From an uncultured Armatimonadetes bacterium (lineage in GTDB: Bacteria > Armatimonadota > Hebobacteria > Hebobacterales > Hebobacteraceae), in contig OY970296.1 in NCBI GenBank assembly GCA_963716175.1, positions 1,856,001-1,920,000 of the forward strand: a stretch of DNA of 64,000 nucleotides, read 5' to 3'. Shown in pieces: positions 1 to 10,899 of the stretch. Below the pieces are notes generated by a model, which saw nothing but the letters and a program-made list of their open reading frames with translations, was not told where the DNA came from and did no database searches. Position 1 is the stretch's first letter; each line of letters starts with the position of its first letter. The translations under genes and the position numbers were made by a program.

Positions 1-1725
1 CAACTCAAGGTGTGGGTCGGCATCGCCCTCATCTGCCTGCTGGCCCTGTTGGGTTGGCGCCATCTGGTCCGGCTGGGCCGGGCGCTGCGCCAAGCCCTGT
101 CGTCACCCAAGCGCCTGCACTGGGCCCTCCTTCCACTCTTGCTGTTCCTGCTTGCCACCGGGGCCTTTACCCTGGTCGGCGCTTTGGCCCCGGCCACCGA
201 CATTGACTACGACGGCCTCGTCTATCATCTCGCCATCCCTGAGATCTATCTCCGCGACGGCCGCATCCACTTCATCCCCTGGCTCTCCCACTCCAACTTC
301 CCCTTCACCCTCGAGATGCTCTATCTCCTGGGCCTGCTGCTGCGCGACCAATCGCTGGCCAAGCTCTTCCATCTGGGGTGCGGGTGGCTCATCATCTGGG
401 CGGCGTTCGCCTTCGGCCGGCGCTCCTGGGGGCCGCGCGCCGGCTGGCTGGCGGCCAGCATCCTGGCCGGCATTCCGCTTCTCTCCTGGGAGATGATGTC
501 GGCCTATAACGAGCTGGCATTCGCCCTCTATGCCTTCCTGGCGATCTTCGCCCTCAGCCGCTGGTTCGAGGCCCGGCACTCCGGCGAGGGCGATGGCTGG
601 CTGTGGGTTGCGGCCATCATGTGTGGCCTCTGCCTGGGCACCAAGATGCTGGCCGGCGCGGTCCTGATCTTCGCCCTGATCGCGCTGGCCTGGCACTGGC
701 TGCGCAGCAGTCCACGGGAACGAATGCTGCTGCGGATCATCGCATTCGCCGCCATTGCCCTCGCGGTCGCCTCCCCCTGGTATCTCAAGTCTTATTTCTA
801 CACCGGCAATCCAGTCTATCCGTTCTTCTATGGCCTCTTCGACGGCCGGTTCTGGACCGCGGAGCGCGCCCGGCTTTACACCGCGGCGCAGAAGGAATTC
901 GGGATTGGCGCGGGACCGCTGGCCTTCCTCGCCCTGCCCTGGAACCTGACCATGAACTCCTACCGGTTCTTCGACCTGCCCACCCAGCTCCGCCCGGTGA
1001 ACATCCTGGTCTGGGTCTTCGGCCCGCTGGTGCTGGCCCTGACCCCAACTCTGCTGGCGACAGGCCCGGCCGGCGGGCGGGCGCGGCTGATGCTCTGGTT
1101 CGCGCTGGTCTATACTGGGATCTGGTTCCTCATGACCCAGAACGGCCGCTATCTCATCCCCATCCTCCCCGGCCTTTCCGCCTGCGCCGGGCTGGCCGCG
1201 GCGCGCCTGCTGGAGCGGCGCGGGCTGCTGGTGGCTGCGACCACTCTGGCACTCCTGCTTGGGTTCGCCTCCAGTCTCTATGCCAGCTTCAGCCTCGCCT
1301 CTCCCGCCTGGCGGGTGGCGCTCGGCCTGCAGTCTCAATCGGAATACCTGGAACGCAACTCGCAGCTCTATCCCTGGCTGCAGGCCATCAACCGGGCCAC
1401 ACCGCCTGACGCGAAGATCATGGTGTTCGGCGACGAGCCCCGCCTCTTCTATCTGGACCGTGGCTATCTGCTCGGGAACCACGCGCAGATATTCTCGGCC
1501 CGCGATCTGGCCAGCCCGGATTCCCTGCTCGCCGCCATGCGGCGGATGGGAGTCACCCATCTCATCATCCAGGTCTCGGCGCTTCAGGAGATGGCTCAGA
1601 GGAAAGGGGTGCTGGAAACCGATCTCGCCGGACTGGAGGCGGAACAGAAGATACGGCCAATCGGATTGTATGGTACACTCAGCCTATGGCAGATCGCCGA
1701 CGCAAGCCGTCGAAGCGAGCGCTAG
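1..1725 (+). CDS. GT-C fold (ArnT/PMT/GT39-like) polytopic membrane glycosyltransferase, 5'-truncated by window edge
   Basis: Frame open from base 1. Many TM helices, an N-terminal loop 'DYDGLVYHL', and 'TGNPVYPF' and 'RYLIP' motifs typical of ArnT-like proteins. Confidence 0.75.
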   Translation, partial: QLKVWVGIALICLLALLGWRHLVRLGRALRQALSSPKRLHWALLPLLLFLLATGAFTLVGALAPATDIDYDGLVYHLAIPEIYLRDGRIHFIPWLSHSNFPFTLEMLYLLGLLLRDQSLAKLFHLGCGWLIIWAAFAFGRRSWGPRAGWLAASILAGIPLLSWEMMSAYNELAFALYAFLAIFALSRWFEARHSGEGDGWLWVAAIMCGLCLGTKMLAGAVLIFALIALAWHWLRSSPRERMLLRIIAFAAIALAVASPWYLKSYFYTGNPVYPFFYGLFDGRFWTAERARLYTAAQKEFGIGAGPLAFLALPWNLTMNSYRFFDLPTQLRPVNILVWVFGPLVLALTPTLLATGPAGGRARLMLWFALVYTGIWFLMTQNGRYLIPILPGLSACAGLAAARLLERRGLLVAATTLALLLGFASSLYASFSLASPAWRVALGLQSQSEYLERNSQLYPWLQAINRATPPDAKIMVFGDEPRLFYLDRGYLLGNHAQIFSARDLASPDSLLAAMRRMGVTHLIIQVSALQEMAQRKGVLETDLAGLEAEQKIRPIGLYGTLSLWQIADASRRSER

Positions 1726-3050
1726 CCGGAGCGGCGGCGCCGGCTCCCGTCGCGCCGGAACGGCGGATGCTGCGCCTGCTGGTGGTCGGCTACCTGTTTC
1801 TTGCCGCCCTCTACGCCACCGCGATTCCGCCGGGGAAAGGGCCGGATGAGACCGCCCATCTGCGCTACATTTCGTACCTCGCGCAGCACCACCGCCTGCC
1901 TGTGTTCCAGAGAGAGAACCCCGGGTCCGATTACGAGTTCCATCAGCCCCCGCTCTATTACCTGATCTGTCTGCCCACCTATCTCCTCACCTCCTCCTCG
2001 CCAGAGGCCGCGGCGCAGGCGGTTCGCTTCGTCACCATCCTGCTGGGCCTTCCCCTGCTCTACCTTACCTTCGCGCTGGGGCGCACTCTCGCCCCCGAAC
2101 GGCCCGCGGCCGCGGTGGCCGCGGCCGCGGTGGTGGCTTTCCTGCCCATGCACCTTGCGCTTGTCTCCAGCGCTGACAACGATGTCCTCACAGAGGTCTT
2201 CTTCGCCGCTGCCCTGGTACTCATGGTCCGACACCTGCGCGCCGGCTCGGCTTACCGCCAGCAGCAGGCCCCGCCGCCGCCTCTCTCCACTATGGCTCTT
2301 GCCGGGATCATGACGGGCCTGGGACTGCTGACCAAGTCGCTCGCCGTCCTTCTCCTCCCCATGATCTGGGCGACTGCTGTCCTCGCCGCGCGAGGTCCGC
2401 AGGGCTATGAGTGGCGCCGGCTGGCCCGCGATCTCGCGGTGAGCACCGGCCTGGCCCTGGCGCTGGCGGGTTGGTGGCTGTGGCGCAATCAGGTGCTTTA
2501 CGGTGACCCGCTCGCCCAGAAGGTCTTCCTCAGCGCGTTTCGCGATCGCCCCTCACCCCAGGAGTTCATGCAGCGCACCGGCCTGCAAACCCCGAGCTAC
2601 GTGGTGCTGGTGATCACGTGGACGCTGGCCAGCGGCCTGGGCATGTTCGGGCCGGTCTACGGCAACCGCTTCGTCTTCTTCCCTTACTGGGTGTACTTGG
2701 TCTTTGGGGCGAAAGCCCTGTCGGAGGCCGGCGGCTTCGTCCGGCACCTGAGGCGCACACCCCAGGCTGACTGGCAGCGCCAGTCCTGGTGGCTTTCGGC
2801 CTTGCTGGTGGGGCTTCTGCTCGTCAGCTTCATCCGGTTCAACTTCTCCTTCTTCCAGGCGCAGGCGCGCTATCTCTTCCCCGGCCTGCCGGCGGCCGCG
2901 CTTGCCCTCTGCCTGGGTCTGGGGGAGCTGGCACCCGCCCGGCGGGAAGAGGCGCTGGTGGTGGGGCTCTTCCTCCTCTTGCTGCTGGCCGTCGCCGGCC
3001 TCTTCATCTGGACCATCCCGCAGTTCCAGCTAGCGCCACCAGTCCCATGA
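1686..3050 (+). CDS. GT-C fold membrane glycosyltransferase (DUF2142/GT39-like)
   Basis: Motifs 'GPDETAH', 'EFHQPPLYY' and 'QARYLFP'; multiple TM helices. Confidence 0.75.
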   Translation: MADRRRKPSKRALAGAAAPAPVAPERRMLRLLVVGYLFLAALYATAIPPGKGPDETAHLRYISYLAQHHRLPVFQRENPGSDYEFHQPPLYYLICLPTYLLTSSSPEAAAQAVRFVTILLGLPLLYLTFALGRTLAPERPAAAVAAAAVVAFLPMHLALVSSADNDVLTEVFFAAALVLMVRHLRAGSAYRQQQAPPPPLSTMALAGIMTGLGLLTKSLAVLLLPMIWATAVLAARGPQGYEWRRLARDLAVSTGLALALAGWWLWRNQVLYGDPLAQKVFLSAFRDRPSPQEFMQRTGLQTPSYVVLVITWTLASGLGMFGPVYGNRFVFFPYWVYLVFGAKALSEAGGFVRHLRRTPQADWQRQSWWLSALLVGLLLVSFIRFNFSFFQAQARYLFPGLPAAALALCLGLGELAPARREEALVVGLFLLLLLAVAGLFIWTIPQFQLAPPVP

Positions 3051-3540
3051 AACCCCTCGGAACCAGCCATTGTCTGCTCGCGCTTTTCCTGCTTGCCGCC
3101 GGCTGCGGACGACGGCCCGCGCCACCGGCCGGGCAGAAGCCATCTCCACCAGCAGCCCCTTCCTTGGAGTTAGGAGGATCGGTGATCCGCATCGCCGATC
3201 CCGAGGGCCGCTGGAAGTTCGAAGCTCGCTCTGCCCAGGTGAAGGCAGCCACCCTTGATGGGCCCTATCTCCTCACTCCCGCGGATGGCCGCTATCAAGA
3301 GACCGGCAAGGAGCCGGTGCTGATGCGTGCGGCGCGCGCGGATGTTGACAGGCAGGGCCAGCGCGTCAGCTTACGCGGCTCGGTGCGGATCGCCTCTGAC
3401 GCCTGGCTGCTGGAGGCCGAGCGGGTGGACTATGACCTGAAGAATGGGAAGGTTGTCTCTCCCGGCCTCACGAAGCTAACCTTTGGCCAGGAGGCGGCTG
3501 AGGCCTTCGCGCGTCAGGGCCAAGGAGGGGAGCGCGATGA
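3047..3540 (+). CDS. lptC: LptC-like LPS export protein (lipoprotein-type signal); probable 1-nt deletion near the 3' end
   Basis: ATG 3047 overlaps the upstream stop (ATGA). Lipobox LAAGC, then a beta-jellyroll-like sequence. As given, the frame runs to 3757. Adding one G to the run at 3527-3530 gives TGA 3538-3540 overlapping the next ATG, like the other junctions in this operon. Confidence 0.65.
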
Positions 3541-4118
3541 TGAAGACAGCAGTCCCGCGAGGCCTGATGGTAGCTGGTGCCTTGCTGGGAGCGGCAGCCG
3601 CCCTTCTCGCCGCCCAGGTCAAGCCGGCCAGCCCAGGCGCGGCCCGATTCGGCCGCTACACCATCGAGGCCAAACACCTGGAAGGTACCATGACCGGCCC
3701 CTGGGAGTTCTCGAACGACGTGACTGTCACGGGCCCGGAGGTGACTGTCACCTGTGACCGCCTCCAGATCTGGCCGCCGAGCAAGGCCGGGGTTGACTTC
3801 GAGCGAGCGGAGGCCAGCGGGCACGTGGTGGTGCGGGCCCGCTATCTCGCCAGCGACCGGACCGAGTGGACGGTGGTCGGCACCGCGGCCTTCGGGAGCT
3901 ACGACCGCAAAGCAGGCCAGGGTGTGCTGCGCGGGAGTGTGAGATTCGACGGCACTAACCTCACCACCGGCGCCGTGCTGTCAGTGGCCGCGGATAAGCT
4001 GATCTACGAGATCAAGACCCGGCAGTTTCGCTTCGAGAAGGGCGAGGAGCCGGTGCGGGTGCAGTGGGAGGAGCCGCAGCCAGCGGCAGGTGCGGCCGAG
4101 CAGGAAGGCGGAAAGTGA
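3537..4118 (+). CDS. lptA: LptA/OstA-like periplasmic LPS transport protein
   Basis: Signal peptide and beta-jellyroll pattern ('VTVTCDRL', 'ASGHVVV', 'ADKLIYE'); lies between lptC and lptB. Confidence 0.6.
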   Translation: MMKTAVPRGLMVAGALLGAAAALLAAQVKPASPGAARFGRYTIEAKHLEGTMTGPWEFSNDVTVTGPEVTVTCDRLQIWPPSKAGVDFERAEASGHVVVRARYLASDRTEWTVVGTAAFGSYDRKAGQGVLRGSVRFDGTNLTTGAVLSVAADKLIYEIKTRQFRFEKGEEPVRVQWEEPQPAAGAAEQEGGK

Positions 4119-4837
4119 GCCTGGTCGGACGAGGTCTGGTCAAGCGCTACGCCCGCCGCTCCGTCGTGGACCGGGTGAACCTGGAGGTGCAGCCAGGGGA
4201 GACCATTGGTCTGCTTGGCCCCAATGGCGCCGGGAAGACCACCACTTTCTACCTGCTGGTGGGCCTGGTTCTGCCCGAAGAGGGGGCGGTGACCCTCGAC
4301 AAGGCCGATGTCAGCCGGCTTTCGATGCATCACCGGGCGCGCCTCGGCATCGGCTACCTGGCCCAGGAGAACTCGTCGTTCCGCCATCTCACGGTCGCGG
4401 AGAACATCGCGGCGATCCTGGAGTGGATGCCGCTTTCCGCCGCCGAGCGCCGGAGTCGCCTGGAGAAGCTGCTCCAAGATTTCCATTTGCAGACGGTGCG
4501 GGACGTGCCTGCCGGGGTGGTCTCGGGAGGCGAGCGCCGCCGCACCGAGATCGCCCGGGCGCTGGTTCGCGAGCCCCGCTACCTGCTGCTGGACGAGCCC
4601 TTCACCGGTGTTGATCCCATCGCCGTGGCCGAACTCCAGGACATCGTCGCCGAGCTCCGCTCCCGCGATATGGGTATGGTAATCACGGACCACAATGTGC
4701 GGGAGACGCTGCGCATCACCGATCGCAGCTACATCATGTACGAAGGCAAGATCCTCACCTCGGGCACCTCGCAGGAGCTGCTGGACGATCCCATCGCCCG
4801 CCGCTTTTACCTCGGCGACCGCTTTCAGTTGACATGA
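4115..4837 (+). CDS. lptB: LPS export ABC transporter ATP-binding protein
   Basis: Walker A GPNGAGKTT, the LptB signature SGGERRRTEIARAL, LLDEPFTGVDP and ITDHNVRETL; GTGA overlap with the upstream stop. Confidence 0.95.
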   Translation: MSLVGRGLVKRYARRSVVDRVNLEVQPGETIGLLGPNGAGKTTTFYLLVGLVLPEEGAVTLDKADVSRLSMHHRARLGIGYLAQENSSFRHLTVAENIAAILEWMPLSAAERRSRLEKLLQDFHLQTVRDVPAGVVSGGERRRTEIARALVREPRYLLLDEPFTGVDPIAVAELQDIVAELRSRDMGMVITDHNVRETLRITDRSYIMYEGKILTSGTSQELLDDPIARRFYLGDRFQLT

Positions 4838-5913
4838 GGATCCTGGATCGCTATCTGATCCGCGAGATGTCTGGCCCCTTCCTCTTTGGGGTGCTCGCCT
4901 TCGTGCTCCTCTTCGTCTCCGCCAACATCCTGTTCAAGCTCACTCAGCTCATCAGCGACCTCGGCCTAAGCCTCTGGACCGCGAGCGAACTCTTCCTCCT
5001 GTGGCTGCCAGGGTTCGTGGTCTACACTTTCCCGCTGGCCACTCTGGTGGCTGTCCTGATCACCTTTGGCCGGCTGGGTGGAGACAGCGAGCTGGTGGCG
5101 ATCTATGCAGGGGGCATCGGCTTCCGGCGCCTGGTAGTGCCAATGCTGGCCGCTGGCCTCATCGTCTCTCTCGCCACCGCGGCGCTGAATGAGCTGGTGG
5201 CGCCGGCCTGCAGCGGCCGGGCCGACCATATCGTTCGCGCCGCCACGGCACGCGCCGGAAAAGGAAGCCAGGACAACGTCTTTCTGAAGGAGATGTCAGG
5301 TCAGGAGGTGACACAACTGGTCTACGCCGACCGGCTGGATGTGTCCAGTGGCGAGCTCCTCCATCCCACCATCGTCTGGTTCGAGAAGGGCCGGCCCGCG
5401 ATGGTGACGGTGGCGGACCGGGGCCGTTGGCAGGGAGGCGCCTGGTGGCTCTATCACGGGAGTCACAAGTCTCTCCAGCCCGACCAGTTGGCCAGCACCA
5501 GCTTCGAGCGCACCGTGGTGGACTTCCATACCAGTCCCAAGGAAATGGTCCAGCAGGTGCGCAGCCCGGAGGAGATGACCTACCGCGAGCTACGGGACTA
5601 CATTCGGTATGCGCTCAGCCATCGCCTGCCCACCACGGTGCTGGAACTCACACTCTACCAGAAGCTCGCCATTCCCTTCGCCTCCCTGGTCTTCGCGCTG
5701 ATCGCGCCCCCGTTGGGCATGCGCTCCCATCGCGGCAGCTCGGCCATCGGCCTGGGCATCGCCATCCTGATAGGGTTCGGCTATTACGTGATCTGGAACT
5801 ACCTCTCTATCGTCGCCCAGCAGGGCGCGCTCGCACCCTTCTGGGCGGCCTGGCTTCCCGATCTTGTGGCTGGCGCCATCGGCCTGGGCCTGGTACTCAG
5901 GGTGCGCGAGTAG
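4834..5913 (+). CDS. LptF/LptG family permease
   Basis: N-terminus 'MRILDRYLIRE', 'DSELVA' and 'AAWLPD'; 6 TM helices with a periplasmic domain. Confidence 0.9.
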   Translation: MRILDRYLIREMSGPFLFGVLAFVLLFVSANILFKLTQLISDLGLSLWTASELFLLWLPGFVVYTFPLATLVAVLITFGRLGGDSELVAIYAGGIGFRRLVVPMLAAGLIVSLATAALNELVAPACSGRADHIVRAATARAGKGSQDNVFLKEMSGQEVTQLVYADRLDVSSGELLHPTIVWFEKGRPAMVTVADRGRWQGGAWWLYHGSHKSLQPDQLASTSFERTVVDFHTSPKEMVQQVRSPEEMTYRELRDYIRYALSHRLPTTVLELTLYQKLAIPFASLVFALIAPPLGMRSHRGSSAIGLGIAILIGFGYYVIWNYLSIVAQQGALAPFWAAWLPDLVAGAIGLGLVLRVRE

Positions 5914-5925
5914 GGCGGCGCGGAC

Positions 5926-7614
5926 ATGTGGGGTTATCTCGCGGCTGTCAGGGTAGCTGCTCTCCCGGGGCTGCTGATCGGCGCCGCCCTGGGAGCATAC
6001 CCCTGGCATCGGAACTGGCCCGGCCTTTCCCTCCTGGGTGTCTGGGGAGGTGCGGCCTGGGGGTGGCTGCTGGGGGTCGCGCTAGCGATTCCTCTGGGCT
6101 GGGCCCTATCGCGGCGTTCCTGTGCCTCAGCAAGGCGGGCCCGGGCAGGCTGGCGGCGAGTGCTGGGGGTGGGCCTGGCCGCGCTCGCCCTCGCGCCGGT
6201 CGCTCTGTGGCTGACGCTGCTCCTGCCAGGCGGTTTGCTGCGCAAGGCGATGGCCTCCGGTCGGGCTAGAGGCGACGTCCGCCCCGACCTCATCCTGATC
6301 ACGATAGAGGCCTTGCGGCCGGATCGCCTTGGCGCCTATGGCAGCGCCAAAGGCCTCACCCCGAACCTTGACGCCTTCGCGCGCGATGCCACCCGCTACG
6401 ACGCGGCCTATGTCAGGGGCCCATGGACGCTGCCATCGCTGGCCTCCCTGTTCACTTCCCTCGCGCCCTCACAGTCTTTGGTCGGGCCACCGGCGGAGCC
6501 GCTCACCTCCAAGCCTGCCGTGTCCTTCGTGCTGGCGAAGCACGTGCCCATGCTCTCGGAGGAACTGGCGCGGGCAGGCTATGCTACCGCCGCCGAGCTC
6601 ACCAATCACTTCCTTTCCGCCCAGCGCGGGTGGAGCCGGGGTTTCGACTGCTACCGCAATGAGAGCAGCGAGGACAACCCGGTCTCCGATCTCACCCTGG
6701 GCCAGCATGTGACCGAGCGCGCCTCCGAGTGGCTGCGCCTCAACCGGCGCCAGCCCTTCTTCCTTTGGATGCACTACTTCGATCCGCATGTTCCCTATGA
6801 CTCCCCGGACACTCCCCCTGAGTTCCGCGCCCGGTATCCCCGGAGCTGGATCGCCCACCGGCGCACTTGGCTCCAGGCGATGCGATATGCGGATGAGGCC
6901 ACCCGCAGCCAATACATGCAGTTCTACCGCGGAATGTACGAAGAGGAGGTCCGCTATGTTGACCACTGGGTGGGAGAGCTGCTGCGCCGCATCAAAGAGG
7001 CCGGCCTCTACCGGCGCGCTCTCATCGTGATCACTGCCGATCATGGGGAGGAACTGTTCGATCGCGGTGACGACACCGCGGTCGAGCACGGGCACAGCAT
7101 GCACGACCCGGTGCTTTGGGTTCCGCTGCTGGTGAAATGGCCGCAGGGGGTGGCGGCCGACAAACGCATCACGCAGACTGTGGCTACAGCCGATATCCAC
7201 GGCACACTGCTGCAGTTTGCGGGTGTCCGGACAACGGGCAGAGAAGGGCACCCGCCGCTGCCGCGGCACGACGGTGAGCGAGGCGACGAAGTGTTCTCGG
7301 AGTGGATCTACTACGGGGCCCAGCAGGCCGCGCTGACCACGGATGACTACAAGGTGATCTACCACCCTGACCAGAGCGGCGCCGAAGGGACGTTCGAGGT
7401 GTACGATCGCCGCAGCGACCGCCAAGAGCTCCACGACCTGGCATCCACCCCCGTCGCCGCCGATCTTCGCGCTCGCCTCCGGCGCCTCACTCAGGCCGCC
7501 CTGGAGACCCGCCGCCTGGCTGCGGAGAGAGGGGGAGCGCCCTCCCTCGCACTCTCGGAGAAGGCCAAGCGCGACCTGCGGTCATTGGGCTACATCGGAG
7601 ACTCTTCCCCCTAA
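5926..7614 (+). CDS. Membrane-anchored sulfatase-like (alkaline phosphatase superfamily) hydrolase/transferase
   Basis: N-terminal TM helices, 'ILITIEALRPD', 'WTLPSLASLFT', 'HYFDPHVPY', 'ITADHGEE' and C-terminal 'LRSLGYI'. Confidence 0.85.
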   Translation: MWGYLAAVRVAALPGLLIGAALGAYPWHRNWPGLSLLGVWGGAAWGWLLGVALAIPLGWALSRRSCASARRARAGWRRVLGVGLAALALAPVALWLTLLLPGGLLRKAMASGRARGDVRPDLILITIEALRPDRLGAYGSAKGLTPNLDAFARDATRYDAAYVRGPWTLPSLASLFTSLAPSQSLVGPPAEPLTSKPAVSFVLAKHVPMLSEELARAGYATAAELTNHFLSAQRGWSRGFDCYRNESSEDNPVSDLTLGQHVTERASEWLRLNRRQPFFLWMHYFDPHVPYDSPDTPPEFRARYPRSWIAHRRTWLQAMRYADEATRSQYMQFYRGMYEEEVRYVDHWVGELLRRIKEAGLYRRALIVITADHGEELFDRGDDTAVEHGHSMHDPVLWVPLLVKWPQGVAADKRITQTVATADIHGTLLQFAGVRTTGREGHPPLPRHDGERGDEVFSEWIYYGAQQAALTTDDYKVIYHPDQSGAEGTFEVYDRRSDRQELHDLASTPVAADLRARLRRLTQAALETRRLAAERGGAPSLALSEKAKRDLRSLGYIGDSSP

Positions 7615-7673
7615 TGGCGTTCGCACAAAGAGGTAACCTGCGAACGCCGCTCTGGGCCCGTCTGAGCAGTTGC

Positions 7674-7805
7674 CTGAGCTTCGCCCCGTTGCTTCTTCGG
7701 GCGAAGCTCAGTAGGCATCCTCAGGCCGCCAGGACGCGCTTGCACCCGCCCACCCCCGCGACGACCCGAAGGAAGTGCGGGGCCCACCACCGGCGGGCCC
7801 CGCAC
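7674..7805. terminator. Two GC-rich hairpins between convergent genes
   Basis: 13-bp stem 7674-7686/7699-7711 and 11-bp stem 7775-7785/7795-7805. Confidence 0.55.
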
Positions 7806-7838
7806 CAGACAGCATGCTGATCTGCTGAAGTCGTCCCG

Positions 7839-8900
7839 CTACCTGCAGGCCGGCCACCAGCAGGCCGAGGTGCCCTGGAAGTAGGGATTGGGGTTCATAT
7901 TGCAGTTCGACCCGCTGATCAAGGCCTCTGAGGCCACCCAGGCGGCGTGGCCGTCCATGAAGCCCAGGTTGACGCCTCCCATGTGCCGGGCGAACTGCTT
8001 GCGATACTGCGGATCCTCGAAGAACTTCACCGGGTCCGCGCTGCAGTTCACAGACCAAGGGCAGTTGCTCCAGCTCGGTATGCAGCAGGCGCCGCTCCCG
8101 GCCTCGCCTTCCCCACTCGTGACCTGGCAGGCCTGACAGGACGTTGTCCGGCAGAGGTCGTACGCGACACCTATGGCGAAGTCCCAGAAGTGGAAGTAGA
8201 TGCCGTAGTCGGCGACGGCCACCCACTGGGTTGGGTTGTCAATCTGTGAAGGCTTGTGCAGGTAAAGCTCAAGATTGTAGCCGATGCTGGTGATGTAGGC
8301 GCCTTGGGTCTTCTCCCCGCCGGTGACGCCGGCCGTCTTCTGCTGCACCAGGGAGTCGGTAACGGAGCCACCCCAGCCGGTGGGGAACGACTCCTGGCAG
8401 GGGCCAAGGCCGCCGTCCGCCGTCCATACGCTCTCATACTGCTGCCAATGCTCCCACCAGTGACCATTGGGCCCCATCGGGATGATCACCTCGGCGGACT
8501 TGTCGAACCTGGCGCTGGGACACCGCCAGACGTCGCGGTTCCTGATATACTCGTCGAGCATGACCGCCGCCCGAAGATACGGGTTGGCATAGGTCCCGTT
8601 CTTGCAGTGCGCCAGCCCGTCCCACCACTCTTGGTAGTCTCCGCCGGGCCCAGAGTCGAAGTAGGCGCAGGCCGCGGGGCTAACCTCGCGGGGGAAGATG
8701 GTCGAAGAGCCGCCATAGTCGTTCATGTACATCTGCAGTGCCATGGCGATGTTCTTCACATTGGACAGGCACTGGATCTTGCGCGCCGATTCGCGTGCGC
8801 GCGCAAACACCGGGAACAGCATCGCTGCCAGGATCGCAATAATCGCGATCACCACCAACAACTCGATCAGGGTGAAACCACGCCGTCTCCGCATGACCAT
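7839..8900 (-). CDS. Prepilin-type N-terminal cleavage/methylation, DUF1559 / H-X9-DG domain protein (Cys-rich)
   Basis: '[27 protein letters not shown]' and '[15 protein letters not shown]'; GGAGG about 10 nt upstream of ATG 8900. Confidence 0.9.
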   Translation of the reverse strand: MVMRRRRGFTLIELLVVIAIIAILAAMLFPVFARARESARKIQCLSNVKNIAMALQMYMNDYGGSSTIFPREVSPAACAYFDSGPGGDYQEWWDGLAHCKNGTYANPYLRAAVMLDEYIRNRDVWRCPSARFDKSAEVIIPMGPNGHWWEHWQQYESVWTADGGLGPCQESFPTGWGGSVTDSLVQQKTAGVTGGEKTQGAYITSIGYNLELYLHKPSQIDNPTQWVAVADYGIYFHFWDFAIGVAYDLCRTTSCQACQVTSGEGEAGSGACCIPSWSNCPWSVNCSADPVKFFEDPQYRKQFARHMGGVNLGFMDGHAAWVASEALISGSNCNMNPNPYFQGTSACWWPACR

Positions 8901-9250
8901 TCGTGCTGTACCTCCGCGTGATCTTACTGCCCTCTCGCCGCGTGCATATCTCCCGGACGCGAACCCTGTCATCACCTCCTTTGCCTCACGCGCGGCGGGC
9001 CAGCAACTGCTGTGCCGGGAGCCGTCATTAGCCAGCGGAATACGTTAGCACAGATGTCTGGAAATGTCCTTGTACAATCATCCTGAACTCCTGTACGAAC
9101 CTCCAGAAGGCCTGAGCCGGAAGGGATGGGCAGGGCGGCTGCCATGGCTGGCTCGCCTTTGGTCCGAACGAAGGATGCTGCCCGGCCGCGCCGAACCACA
9201 GTCAGGTCCCGTGTACTCAGCGGAACAGACCACGCCAGCGGGGGGATGAG

Positions 9251-10743
9251 ATGACATTGGGCCGGCGATGCGGGGAGCGAGGCCGCCTGTGGGTGAGGCT
9301 GCTGCTGGTCGCGGCAATCGTCGCCATCCTGTCCGCAGGCATCTGGGTCTGGCGGTCGCCCCGGACGCAAGTCCCCACGTTCCGCTCGCCGTCTGCAGCC
9401 GAGCGCTCTCAGTCGGAGGCCGCGCGACGGCTTCGCGCCGGCGCCGCGGGAGCCAATCTCATCATCATCGTCACAGACGCGGCCGCCGCAGGTCACTTCA
9501 CCTCCTTCGGGTACAAGCGGAACGCCACTCCGAACATGAGCCGGTTCCACGAGGAGGGCGTGCTGCTCACAGAGGCCTATTCGGCCGGCGCCAGCACCAA
9601 GCCCTCGATCGCATCCCTGTTCACCTCGCAATCCCCGGACACTCACGGCACGCTCTCGGTGCTTTCCCGGCTGACCGGCGACGGCGCGACCCTGGCGGAA
9701 TGTCTGAAAGGCGCGGGCTACCGCACCGCCGGCTTCTCGGCCAGCCCCTCGGTCTCGGCCGCCTTCGGCTTCAGCCGCGGCTTCGACTTCTTCCACGAGC
9801 TGTTCCGGGAGGTCGGGCTGGAGCCCGTCGGGCCGGGCCCGAGAAACACGGGGGGACTCCGGTGGACGGCGCCCTGGTGCTGAGATCGGCGCTCCGCTGG
9901 ATCAGGGGCCATGAGAACGAGCGCTTCTTCACCTACCTGCACTTCCGGGAGCCGCACTCCCCCTATGGGGCTCCCCCCTCGTTCCACGCCGACTTCGCGG
10001 ACTCGGAGAGCACGGAGCGCGGTGTCTCGGCCCTGCTGTACGACACGGGCCTCGCGTATGTGGATAGCCTCGTCGGCAGGCTGCTGCAGGAGCTGGACGC
10101 GCGCGGCCTGCTCGACAAGTCGGTGGTGGTGCTGCTGGCAGATCACGGCGAGGCCTTCGGCGAACACGGCCGCTTCGGGCACAACTCGACCGCCTACCGC
10201 GAGATGATGCGCGTTCCTCTCGCCTTCCACCTGCCCTCGGGTTGCGGTGTGGCGCCGCGCCGCAGATCGGAGGTCTTCTCCACCACCGACCTGATGCCCA
10301 CGCTGCTGGATCTGTTCCAGATCCCACCGCCCGCGACGATGCAGGGGCGCAGCCGGCTGGCGCTGTTGGCGGGCGAGGAGGAGGAAACCGCCGGCTTTGC
10401 GGTGAGCCGCGCCCTGGGCGAAGACCGGACCGGGGGTAAGCAGAAGCCCGAGGAGGTATCGTACGCGCTGAGGGTGCCGCGTTATACCTTGCTGCTGGCC
10501 GATCTCGGGCGGCGCGTGGAGCTGTACGACCGCGAGGCGGACCCGGGGGAGCTGAAGAACATCGCGGGCGAGAGGCCGGAGGTGGTGAAGAAGCTGCAGG
10601 CGCAGTTCGCAGCCTGGGCGGACTCGCAGCGCGGCCGCCCCGTGGTCCTGCCCGGCGGCCGGGTGTTCGCGGTGGTGGGCAAGGAACGCGATATGGACGA
10701 CACCACCCGCCGCCAGCTCAAGTCACTGGGGTATCTGAAGTAG
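9251..10743 (+). CDS. Sulfatase-like hydrolase/transferase split by a frameshift near 9838-9855
   Basis: N-half (9251-9883 frame: 'IIVTDAA', 'STKPSIASLFTS') and C-half ('HFREPHSPY', 'LADHGEAF', 'LKSLGYL') join if one base is added to the C3 or G6 run. Confidence 0.8.
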
Positions 10744-10847
10744 GGTTGAGGCCCCTGTGCCTGAGGACCAGAGCGTCGGCAGATGGTGGCCCATCTGGGT
10801 CCACTGCCTTAGCTTCTCTCCCTCGATATGTGATGAGCCGCGGTGCC

Positions 10848-10876
10848 TTGACAGACGGCCTCCCACCTGCTATCTT
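10848..10876 (+). promoter_or_regulatory. Sigma70-type promoter
   Basis: TTGACA-17 nt-TATCTT with an extended -10 TG. Confidence 0.75.
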
Positions 10877-10899
10877 CAACAAGCAGGGGGAGTCAGGCG

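Noticed and set aside
3537-3757. 220-nt lptC/lptA overlap as real dual coding
   Set aside because: A single added G yields the ATGA overlap used elsewhere in the operon.
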